A stretch of 64,000 bases of DNA, taken from assembly GCA_001643675.2 (NCBI GenBank), contig LSRY02000002.1, positions 1,302,001 through 1,366,000 of the forward strand. Reading direction: 5' to 3'. Shown here piece by piece: positions 37,688-49,409 of this stretch. This DNA comes from Monocercomonoides exilis PA203 (lineage: Eukaryota > Protista > Preaxostyla). The translations under genes and the position numbers were made by a program. Under the pieces are notes generated by a model. It was not told where the DNA came from. It made no database searches and saw only the letters and a list, made by a program, of their open reading frames with translations. Position 1 is the stretch's first letter. Every line of letters starts with the position of its first letter.

Positions 37688-38262
37688 TTATGGTGACTGT
37701 GAAGATGAGCGGTGATGTGAAGGTGAAGATGATTGTCGCTTTCTACTTTGCATTTTTGGTGTTTTGGAACGTCTTTGACTAGGAGGCAGCGGAGGTTTTG
37801 ATGGAGATGAACGCTTTGGAGAATCTTGTTCTGCTAAATCGGAATTATTCGTCTTTTTCTTTTTAGAGTCGGATTTCCCTGATTTTCGAGATTGTAATAG
37901 CTGTTGCAATTCTTCAACTTCAATTGTTCTTGTTGCTAGCTGTAATGAAATATGCACATTAATTTTTCTTCATCTCCACAAAAATAATTCACACCATATC
38001 TAATGCTATGTCGAGCTTAATTTTCAAAAAATTAATCTGTTCTTTCAAAGAATCAATTTCATCTGTAAGTTTCATTTTTGATTTCGATCCGCTTGCATCT
38101 TTTAAGCAATTTACTGTTAATTAAAAAACAATATAAATAGTTTTTACCTTGTTGCCATTTCCCTTTTCTAAATTGGAAGGTTTGATTGGATAAAGTTATT
38201 GTAGGAATTCTTTTCACATCTACAGGAGGTACAAGACCAGTTACAGATGCTGCAGCCGCCAT
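37688..38262 (-). CDS. CBY: Chibby-family basal body protein with basic Ser/Pro-rich tail; exons 38262-38148, 38098-37995, 37939-37688
   Basis: The spliced product contains PTITLSNQTFQFRKGKW and LKEQINFLKIKLDIALDMLAT, matching the two conserved Chibby blocks. Introns of 49 and 55 nt are GT-AG and in phase. Confidence 0.8.
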
Positions 38263-38371
38263 TCCAGACTGAAAACAAAATCAAAAATTTATAATCAAAT
38301 TATGGCAAATTTATTTTTGTTACGTTTTGATCAAGGAAACTATTTTGCATTTTCCTTGAAAGAAAAGGATA
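38263..38371. promoter_or_regulatory. Putative bidirectional promoter (109 bp) between Chibby and the Ser-rich gene
   Basis: Head-to-head ATGs at 38262 (-) and 38372 (+), AT-rich spacer. Confidence 0.5.
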
Positions 38372-40651
38372 ATGTCTCATATTGGACCTGGACAAGTTGG
38401 ACCCGCTCAATATATATCCGGACCATATCATCAGATTCCTTCATCTAATCCTGTATATCCAGTTCATCCAGCTATTATGACAACTGCACCTCAACAACGT
38501 ATGTTGGTTTTATTTTATTAACAGCTTTTGTTTTTCGCAAATACTTTAATTGATTTTTGTATTAATTTAATAACTAACATATTTTACGCTTTTTATAATT
38601 TATCAGGAACGATACACTTTGATGTTCCTCCAGGTGCTCCTGTTCCTCTCCAACAACCTCAACAAGCGTGCTACCCTATTTCGAATGATGGGGTAGCATA
38701 TCAATCATTTGGATATCCTGTATCTGCTCCGTTTGTTGCAATGAATCAGACACTATCCATTCAGCCACATTTTTTGGTTCTTACTCGTTCTGCGATTGAA
38801 CAACCGAGGACATTAGATGAATCCCCTCAAAGAAGACGCCACAATAAATCTCGAGAAAGAAGTAGAACTTCTCATCAACGAGCTTATTCTTCAAATAGGC
38901 GATCAAGATCTCATAGTCGGTCACATTCTCTTTCACGTTCACGTTCTCATTCAAAAGCAAAACGAACTTCCTCTTCAAAAAGACATAAGAAACATCGTAC
39001 AGCACGTCATAAGAGAAGTTCTAGCAAAAATTCAGAGGATTCTCCATCTAAATTAGATGAATCCGGCTCTTCATCAGAATCATCTTCTTCAATTTCCTCA
39101 TCCAAAACACAAACTTCTGCCGCAGCAGAGCATTCACAGCCTCATATGCACAGCGCTTCACCTGCATCTCCTGGCTCTCAGACGACCGCTCCTTCGACAA
39201 CATCAACTTCTCAAATACAGCAAGAAAAATCAAAGCATAAAGATGTGATTGTTTTGACATCTTCATCTTCAAGTCCCACAATTATACCATTTTCTGCACC
39301 CCCTTCTTCTTCTTCAATTTCTGTTTCTGGACTCTCAGCTGCGCAGCGCTCTTCTTCAGGCTCTTTATCGTCTGGTAACACAACATTTTCACAAGCTTCT
39401 CCATCGATGAATGCATTTTCGTCTTCTTCTTCTTCTTCTATGGCTTCTTCGAGTCCCAGTCCTTCCAGAAGATCAATGTCTGGTCCGCATTCTGGGCACA
39501 CGCGCCCTGAGCCTCTTCTTTCTTCTCCTGTTGTCTCTCATCTCCCTTCCTTCTCGCACCACTCCGCAAACAGCGAAGCCAACGCATCAACCGGCCTTCC
39601 ACATTCCACACACCAGCCTCTTTCAAACACACTTCACCACACTCCACTCTCGTCTCCTTCATATGGCACTTCTCACTCATTATCATCATCCTCTTCTTCT
39701 TTTATGTCTCATTCGATGTCTCCCTCTGCGTCTCCTCTGCAATCGCCTGTGCTTTCCTCACGTTCACCTTCATTGGGAATGTCTCCATTGCCCATGGCCT
39801 TTGCAGGCACAAGCACCTCTTCCGCCTCATCATCATCATCATCACCATCATCATCGCCTTCTGCTTCACCTTCTTCCTCATCCTCTTCTTTAGGCCAGTC
39901 ACACACACACAAGTCATCAATCTACCCGTCCCCCTCTCTCTCATCCTCCACTCCTCTGCTCACCTCACAGCAACAACAGCATCACCTCAGCCGCACAGCA
40001 ACTGCGCCTGCTGAGCCCATCCACCTGCGCATTAGACATTTGACAGGGAGGCCGCTGCAGATTGCCACACCACCGCTGCCTGAGATCCCGTCGCATGCCA
40101 TTCAGAAGGCGCAGTTGAGGGAGAAGGAGATTTATGAGAATGCGGCGACTGCTTCTGCTTCTGCTAATGCTGCTGGGAATGCTAAGCAGCATGGCTCTGG
40201 ATCGAAGGGGACGAAAAAATTGAAAGGAAATAAAGAAGAAGAAGAAGAAGAGGATGACGATGACGATGATGAAGAGGAGGAAGATGATATTTCATTCTTA
40301 TTGGATGAAGAAGAACTCAAGCAGCGAGAGAGAGAGAGAAAAGAAGAGAAAGAAATAAAAGAGCAAATTAAGGATGTTGATCCAGTTCAAGCAGAAACAA
40401 TAGTGCAAATGACAGAAAAGGAAACAGATTTGTACATAACGAATCTTGAGGATCACATAAATTCTTTAATATCAAATGTTCGACACAAACAAGAAACATT
40501 TAACGTTCGAAAAGCCGCACATAATTTTGAAGAGTTTCAGATTAACTCCTTGTTGAATTTAACTGAACTGCGCCTTACCAGAACCGAAGAACTTGATCAG
40601 CAGCTAAAGGACGAAGAAAAAGATGAAGGCGGTGAAGATTTTAATTCTTGA
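38372..40651 (+). CDS. Hypothetical Ser/Pro-rich protein with RS-like/basic patch, acidic stretch and C-terminal coiled coil; exons 38372-38498, 38607-40651
   Basis: 707 aa ORF whose first ~26 codons look intronic. An upstream ATG exon joins in phase via GT-AG intron 38499-38606. Confidence 0.75.
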
Positions 40652-40727
40652 AATTTTTTTATTCAAAATTTTTATCTTTTTGATCAAAAATTAAAATTTC
40701 GAAAAACAGTTGAGATCAAAGTGAAAA

Positions 40728-42063
40728 ATGAGTTTTGCTTTTTCAAGGCCATTAGGACTTGAATTGTCATCACAACAGCAATTGTATCGTTCTCCTGTTA
40801 ATTATAGAGCTGCTTCTCCAAGTAAAGAAAGTGTGAAATTTGCTAAACGTCTTTTTTAACAGTTTTTGTGAAGGTCGAGTTCAGGACATAACTACGAAAT
40901 TGCAGCGTATACAAGCAGGAATAACGCAAAAGAAAATGGTGGGAAATCTCAAAATTAATTTTTCGATTGAATTTTTCCTTTATAATTTGAATAGGATGCA
41001 CTTAAACAATTAGAACAACAAGTTATTCAATTGCAGCAGGTTTGTATTTTTTTACTTTAACCATATGCTTGTTATTTTAAATATGAAAAATTCAACGTAC
41101 CAAGTCTTTACAACGCTATGACGAGCGATTTGAAATGTCATACACAAGAGAAGATGCTCACGTCCAACAAATTGAACATAAAAAAGAACAAATTAATTCT
41201 CATTTAAGTTCAGATAATAATGCATTACAAGAAGCATTCTCAAAACTTGAAGCAAAATTTGACCAAATCACTTCACAATTGGAAAATGATATGACAACTG
41301 CTGAAGAACTTTCGTCACAGGTGGTTGCACACACTGAACACATAATGTTTGATTATTTGTTGATGTTATCTTTAACAAGAAAATATATTTTTTATTTTTA
41401 ATATTTCTATCAGAGAAACAGCAAAGACAGTTATTCCAAATGCACCAGAAATTTCTTCACAAATTTTAACGCATATTGAACAAGCAGAAAAGGAAATAAC
41501 AAAAATAAAAACCGATAATGAAGAAAGACGTTTGCAAATAAATTTTCGCATTTATTTTTAAAAATTTATCTTTGATAATATTTTATGAATTACTGTTTTT
41601 TTTTTTTTTTTAATTTTTCAGTGGAACAAGAAACTACTTCTGCTGCTGACATGGTAAAACAATTATATTCTGACAATGATGGAGAGAAAAAGGTCTCTTG
41701 CTTAAATATTAATTTCAGTGCTTTTTATGTTTTGTTAAATTTACTGATTTCTTATTTAATGGTAATATTTAATTTCAATGCATTCCGAAATAATAAACCA
41801 AAATCTTATATAACAGCAACGTGAAGAAGAAGGCAAAGAGTTAAAAGCCCACTTAGATGATATTACATTCAAATTTAGGCAAAATTTGATGGTTTAATCA
41901 AAAAATCAACTTTTTCAAAAATTTTTTCATTTTCTATTTCTCTTTACACAAAATTAATAAACGTTTTTAGAATGCAAAGAAAGAGAGATCTGAAAATGAA
42001 ACGGCTTTACTGCAGATTGTGGAGATGGCATGTACAAAAATTGACGAAGCATTTCGATATTGA
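40728..42063 (+). CDS. SF-assemblin/beta-giardin-like coiled-coil protein (~260 aa, ~8 exons)
   Basis: Manual splicing through phase-consistent GT-AG introns gives a short non-helical head then coiled coil (RVQDITTKLQRIQAGI...). It ends NAKKERSENETALLQIVEMACTKIDEAFRY, resembling the SF-assemblin C-terminus. Confidence 0.6.
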
Positions 42064-42749
42064 TCATTTGTGATGTTACTCATAAACTTTCATCGCTCAT
42101 TTACATTTCTCTTCTTGAGACACATCATTTTATAGCTCTTTTTAATTATCACTCTCACTTATTGTTTCTATTTCTATAGGATTAGAAAATTTCCAACAAC
42201 TTAACTTATCTTCATTTCACAACACTTAATAATATAAAATTTTTGTTTGCAATTTATTTATGTTATTCGAATTAAGTTCCACTTATTCTTTGAAAAGGGA
42301 TAAAAACCTTTCAAATAATTAATAAGATGTCATGAATGAAAATTTAATTCGATAAAATAAAAAACGAAAGATTCAAATGTCCATTTTTTGTTTACTGTGT
42401 TACAATGAAATATCTGTGTTCCAGTCTTTTTTTCTCATTCGCAAAAAAATCAAACAATAGAAGTTTCCTTCAATGGTCAATTCTGTGTAAATAACAAATA
42501 ATGATTGGAAGTTAAAAACAAAAAATTTCGAAAATAAAGTTGAGTCAAAAAAATTTTTTTTATTTATAAAACAATAAGGCACACAACAACAACATTCGTT
42601 TAGAACTTTGATGTAATTTTTATGCGATTAGTAATTTCGTAACAAAAATTTGCATCAGATTTGAAAGATAAATATGAAATCAAAAGAAAAAAAGAAAAAA
42701 AAAAACAAAAAATAAAAAGCATAAAAACAACTCATGATTTAACTGATTT

Positions 42750-45700
42750 TCACTCATTGTCTCTCAATCTCTTTTTCTTTATAATTGAATTGTGCAAATT
42801 CGTGAATTTATGTTTTTTACACTTTAATTGCAATTCATCAGCATTGTCTTTTTCATTTTTGATTTTATCATTGCAAATACTCTCAGAAATCAAATTATTG
42901 TTATTTGCATTATTTTGTAAAGTTGATTCATTTGACTTGCATTTATTTGCATATTTTGAGTGATCATCATTTAATTGTGGTTCTTCGTTAAACAAAGAAT
43001 CATTCAATTCCATTTCAAAGTCATTTTCTATAAGTCGATCATCATGCTCCGAGCAGCAATCATCGTAGTATTCTCCATCACTATTGATCTCAAAGTCATC
43101 ATTCCCGTAATCACTTTCTTCATCCTCACCTCTGCAATCTTCTTCACTGTCAAATTGCACTACTTGAGGAATTGTCAGTCCCGTAAGCAAAGTATAAGTT
43201 TTCGCAAACGAAGCTTCTGCATCAGCAATCCGTAAAAATGCCACAAGACGGCAGCTCAACTTGGCTTCCTCTAAGGCAATCATGTTTGGCAGCAGATGCG
43301 AAGGAAAAGGAGAAAGGAAAGGACACGTTGATGGAGTGGTTGGTGTTGGAAAGATATGAAACATAAAAAATGTATCATCATTTTCACATCCAAGAATTTG
43401 AAGCTTGTGAAAAAATGACGAATGATCAACTTGAGGAGAATCTTTTCTTGATGCCGGATCAAAGTGATGATAAACATCTCCTTCACATTCACTTATTTTT
43501 TCTTCACTGCTGTTTTCACTGGAGCTATCATCATCTCTGATGATGGATCTTTTCTTTCTAGTAATTTTTGTTTTTTTCATTTCTTTGCAATGTTCAATAT
43601 TTGCTTCCTGACAAGCTTCATATTTTTCTTTTTTCTTTTTGTCTTCCGTTATGATGACGCTCCAAAAGCTATTTCTTCCTCTTTGCAAAACTCTCCACAC
43701 ACCAGGAAGAGGAAAAAACGGATCCACAAATCCTTCGCCTGTGCAAAAATGAGCCGAAATGTGCTTTGGATGACTGAATGCAAATTCCATAAAGACAGGA
43801 TGCGGAGAAAGAAGCGAAGGGCGATCTGGATAAGTCATATCGCAATCACTGCTTGAAGCCATGTTGGATGAAGAAGCCCATTTTGTTGATGGAGCACACG
43901 AAGCAGAACGTATCGTAGGACGAGAATGAGATCTCGGTCGACGTTCAGGGTATTTATTAAGATACACTAACATGAAGGCAAGCCATCGGAACATTGGCAA
44001 GTATTTAAATGATGATTGCAAACAATATTTACAGCAAAACAAAAATAAATAAATAAATAAATAAATAAAAGAAAATAATTTCATTGGAATTAATTGTGAT
44101 TGCTATACTTTGTATCTGATGCTTCATGTCTGCGTCCAGAGAGAAAAGTGCATTTTCCATCGGCTCAAACGTCATTGGGCTCATTCTGAACAGATTAACA
44201 AAGTCAAAAATGGCTGAATGCTCATAAACGCCACCATCCGCAGCAACAACAGGATTTAACATCAGCTGTGTAATATTCAATGCAATATGAATTCAATTTA
44301 TTTAAACAAAGTTAAAATGAAATATGAAAACATAAATAAGATAAAACAATGAAGATGATTAAAATTTCATCAAACCTCTCCAGTGATAGGACAAATCCAA
44401 TTATTGTCTGCTTCATACTGATCAAAAGAGACATTCTTAAAAAAATCAGATGAAGGGATAGGATCGCTGGATGGTGGCGTGAGTACAGGAGAGAAGATGT
44501 GAGGCGAGGAGCACCTGCTTCGCTTAGGTGTAACAGAAAAAGACGGAGTCGACGGAGAAAAGGCGCGTCTCGGAGAAATTGAGGATGACTGATCGTTATT
44601 TGGAGAGTCCATTGGAGTCTGAGAATTGTCGTGCTTCAGCGGGCCTAGCGAAGCATGCAAGCGACGATCCTTGCTGCTGTTTGAAAGAGAAGGCAAAGAA
44701 GAATGAAGAGAGGCAGGCTTGCGAAATGTGAGGGAGAGCGGATGGTGCGGGGAAAGCTGGCAGATTGGCAGAGGCACAGTTGAAGTGACCTGTGAGTTGA
44801 AAATAAAAGGTGAAGACGATGACGATGATGGCGTTGATGTTGCTGAATGAAATGGTGATGATGCGCCATGAAGAGGAAAACGGTGCGGAGACAGAGCATT
44901 TTGGGTGGAAGTTGTGAACTGAGGAGAAAGTCCGTTATGAGATGGATTGACAACTGCGTTTGGACGAGAAACACGTGAAGCAGAATTGAAGGCACTACCA
45001 GGAGAGGAAGCTATGCTGTTTTGACCTGGAAAAATGGAAGAGCGAAGCTCTGGTGTAAATTGATCCTCGCAAAGAGAGGAACAGCTTGAGTCAATAAGTG
45101 TTGGTTCAGTGGAAGGATGAAGGAAAGGGGAGGGGCCAGAGACAGGAGAAGAAGCCGAGGTGCAAATATCAGATTCGTTTGGAGAGTCGATTGAAGAGTC
45201 GAGTAGAGAAAGCGGAATAGGCGTAGAATCAGGTGAATGCATCAAGCGAGAATTACCAGAAGAAGAAGAAGAAGAAGAATCGTTTGAGTCAATTTTGATG
45301 GGACTTTTCTGTTCAGAGTTCAAGTCGCGAGATAGAGTTAAGTCAGTAAATGATTTGTTGTTTAAAAGTTTCGGTGCTTTTGGGCATGTGAACGATGAAG
45401 AAGCTGATGGAATTAACGATCTCCTGGATTGTGACTTCTCTTCCTCGTCATTTCTCGAAGACCGACGAGGCTGAGAGAACAGCAAAGGAGATAATGGCGC
45501 TTCTGTTTCTTCTGCCTGATACAGCAGATTATCAAATCGTTTTTCTTCCCCCTCTTCACTTTTTCCTTTGACAGAAGAAAAACATGAAGTGTCATTGTCC
45601 TCGATCAGCTCAATTAGACAAGTTGATTGCTCTTTTTCATCTTCTTCATACGACCCAAAAGATTGGACAGCCTGCGACACTGATGGGGCTTCTGGGATGA

Positions 45701-46619
45701 ATGAGAGAGCAGACGACAGAGAAAGAAGCAAAAGGCGGTGAATCATTCCGTCGCAGCTGTGAAAGCGGCAAACAGCAGAAACTTGCGTCCTTGCGGAGGT
45801 GGAGCTGATGTAAGAGATTTCTTCTTCCAACGGGCTTCCCTGTTCATATATAAAATTGATGATGTTTCCAGAATCATCTAAAAAAATGAGGGTACGATAA
45901 AAGAAATAATAAAAAAAATTTAAAATATAACTTTAAAAAAGGAAATATTTGTGAAACCTTCAACACCCATAGGCATTGGAACAAATAATATTTCATTAAA
46001 GTTCTTTATGGCTTCAGATTCCATAATCGGTGAAACAAACTGCCCAGATAAATGAATTAAGTGCCCTTTCCAATCTGAATTAAATACTGACTGTACAGTT
46101 TGTTGAATATGAAAAGCCAATAGTTCTTTCGTTGCAGAAGGTGTTGCAGGAAGATCCGCTTGTGCTTTTTCCATAAATGGCAAAGCTTCAACATTTATGA
46201 AAGGATCTTAAAAATGATTTTTTCGAGCAATATTAAAAAATAAATACATAAAAAAATAAATATCAAGAAAAATTTATCCATAGCGTACCAATTTGTTTTA
46301 AATATCCTCTAAATTCAAACACTTTGTGAACTTCTTTTGGATATTTGAAGGAATGAAGAAGATGAGGATTAAGAAACAAAACAACGACAGGCGAATTATC
46401 AGATATAAGAGGATCTGCTACCAGCACATGTAATTCAAATTTCATCACTTTTTTTATTGAACCGTGCCATCTAACAATTTTGCCTTTCAAATGACTGTTG
46501 AAAGCTTGATCTGTAAGAATTGGTGAAGATGCCGAGCAATCACGAAAGTAATCATCTATTTTTGATGGTGGGTACAGCATTGTACTCAATCCGCTTTCTT
46601 CATCCGCGTCATCATCCAT
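42750..46619 (-). CDS. U-box E3 ubiquitin ligase-like protein with N-terminal tandem OB-fold-like repeats, Ser-rich linker and unknown C-terminal domain; exons 46619-46289, 46206-45958, 45877-44376, 44265-44109, 43966-42750
   Basis: Spliced U-box WICPITGE|LMLNPVVAADGGVYEHSAIFDFVNLFRMSPMTFEPM...DMKHQIQ|MYLNKYP. All four introns are GT-AG and in phase. Confidence 0.75.
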
Positions 46620-46713
46620 TGGTTTATCAGAGTCACAATTCAACAATTCTTCATAATTTTGAAAATTTTAGTATGGTTTCAGTCAAATATTATTTTGTGC
46701 AAAATTCAAAATA
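46620..46713. promoter_or_regulatory. Putative bidirectional promoter (94 bp) between U-box and F-box/LRR genes
   Basis: Head-to-head ATGs at 46619 (-) and 46714 (+). Confidence 0.5.
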
Positions 46714-49217
46714 ATGGAGTTGCTGTCATCTGTTTTGAGTATTGTCTCAGAACGTGTTGATGATTATCAGCTATTTATAACTATCTGTTCTGTGAGCCGT
46801 GAATGGAAACGTATTGCACAGACGCATTTTCATTCTTTTGATTTTACAAGAAAACCACTTTCAGATTCTTATTTTTGTATGGAATCTTTTTTTCGAAGCT
46901 TATAGAATAATATGTAATTAACTTTAACATTAATTTTTATTAAGATAAACCCCACACTTTATGGCCAAAATTGGAGAGCATAAAATTAGATTTCACAAAA
47001 GTTACAGAAAAATGCTTGGAAAATATTCCTTCCATTGAATCCGTAAAAAGGATTTCTTTTTCTGGATGTCCAGTTACCGATGGTTTAGCAATTTCCATTC
47101 GAAAAATACTTCAAGGCAAAAATTCAATTGAGGAAATCGATATTTCTGATACTTCTCTTTCTGAATCCTTTTTGTGGTTGCTTTCGCAAAGCACTGTTAA
47201 AGCAGGCCAGAAGTCTAGGAAAATTTTACTTAATGCATCAAATTGTCTGAACCTCGGTGATAGTTCAAAGCTTGTCCCTCCTTTGGATTCAAAACAAAGT
47301 TTTGCACTTCTTGTTGGAGATTTTAGCGCTTCAAACGCAATGTCAGTAACAGACACGACACTAAATTCACTATTTCGTCGTTTATCACCAGTTATTGGTG
47401 TTGGATTATTGACTCTTGATCTGACATGCTGTGTGGAAATAGGTGATGCTGGAATGTTTTGCATTGCAGAAGGATGCCCCCAACTTCAACGACTAATCTT
47501 ATGGGGATGCAGTGAAATAAGCGATGCAGGAATTGCTTGCTTGTCAGTTGGCTGTCGGCAACTGAATGAGCTAGACTTGTCTGGATGTGGAAAGCTGACT
47601 GATGCCTCCTGCTTATTCCTAAGTGGAGAAAACGGAAGAGCAGCAGCACTGGAAATGACAAATGGCAGAAAAAAGGAAGAATACGGAGAAAGCAAAGGAG
47701 GAGCACAACGAGCAAAATCAACACCTCAACGAGGAATTGAAAAATCCCGTGCTTCGTTTGGAAGCAGTTCATTGGCAGGGGCATCTGCAACTGCTGAAGG
47801 AATGTCAGCTGATTTGTTCCCTCCGATCTGCAGAGACAGGGGCAGAGCGTTGATAATGCACATTGCTGATGTAATACGACAGATGGAAGAGCGATGCGGA
47901 GAAATGACAATAGACTTGGATCGTTTGGAGTCGGAAGCTGATCGTCCTTCGTCTTCGGCATCTGCTTCTTCTTCTTCTTCTTCGAATCGTCCAATGTCTC
48001 CTTCAAAAAAGAGGCCTTCATCACCAAACAGGAGGCCGTCATCAGCTTCTTCGTCAGATGCATCTTCTTCGTCACTTCATCCAAAAGTTACATCAATTCG
48101 ACTAACCACAACAGTTTCTCTGAATGAAACAGATCAAAAACATTCGACTTTTTCCACCTCTTCATCATCAGCTTCTGCTTCTGCTTCTGCCTCTGCTTCT
48201 GCCTCTTCTTCTTCTTCTTCTTCTCGTCCTTCATCACCCCATCGTCCTTCCACCCCATCTCACCAATTGCATTCATTGTCGTCTTCATCCTCGACTCCCA
48301 CGTCTTCAAGGCCATTCTCCCCATCACACAGAAACTCAACCCCAACAACATCCCACAGGCCTTCCTCTCCTTCCCGCCCTTCCTCTCCTCGTCCCGCATC
48401 CCCAAGAACATTGTCGTCTTCACCATCTTACAAGTCCGATGTCCCAACTGTGCCTTTGTCAAGCGTCCCTTCACGTCTCCCGCCTTTGTCATCTTCACAT
48501 CCATCTGCCAGCTCCTCTCCCCGCCCTTCCTCCCCAGGCTCCAGCACACCTCGCACCTTTGCGAGGCAGCTGTCATCAATGTCAGCTTCGCAATCTTCAC
48601 AGAATACAACGTCGTTTTATTCATCATCTCACTCCTCGTCTACGACTTCTTCTTCTTCTTCTTCGTCGTCTTCTTCTTCTTCTTCTTCACATTCACACTC
48701 GCTCTTTTCAGCCTCTTCATCTCATCGGCATCCTCCTCAGTCTCCTTCTGCCCACACAAGACCCACACCTTCCACAACAGTGAAGGCTTCATCATCCTCA
48801 TTTGCTCCACCAGCCCAGTCGAATGCCTCTTCATTTTCTTCTCCTCTGATTTCTCTGATAACTTCTTCAAGCGCATCTGCTTCATCTTTTTCATATGGAT
48901 GCCCTTCGCTCAAGAAGTTGATGCTATCTCGTGTTGTTCTGTCCAACATAGCGTTGGCCTCATTGTCTGCTGGCTGTCCTTCCATTTGCTACTTGGATAT
49001 TCACTCTTCTGCATCACTTATTGATCAGCAAGGAATTGTCACATATGTGCCAAAGTGGAAGGCTACGCAGATAAAACCCAAACTTTCTACTGATAAAAAA
49101 AGTACAGATGCTCAAAATTGCTTCACTCTTGTTGTTGGAGGAATGAAAAAGATCTCAGGATGTTCAAAGAAATTGCATGAATGTTGTTCTTCTTTGAATC
49201 TTGTGTATTCTCAGTAG
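46714..49217 (+). CDS. F-box/LRR (FBXL-like, cysteine-containing LRR) protein with large Ser/Pro insertion; exons 46714-46876, 46945-49217
   Basis: F-box-like ICSVSREWKRIA; LRRs LLTLDLTCCVEIGDAG, GCPQLQRLILWGCSEISDAG, GCRQLNELDLSGCGKLTD, GCPSLKKLML. Confidence 0.85.
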
Positions 49218-49409
49218 TCTATAGTCAATTAAGCGCAAAATGCTAGCTGAAAATTTTAAAAGATAACTTTAATTTTGAATGTTTATTTTTTATTTATTTT
49301 TGTGAAAATCATGTTTTGCTGCAAACAGCATTTTAAATATGAAGAAGAAAAAGAAAAAAATAATATTTTTTTAAATTAAAAATGTATTGAAGATCAGGTT
49401 ATTAGTTGA

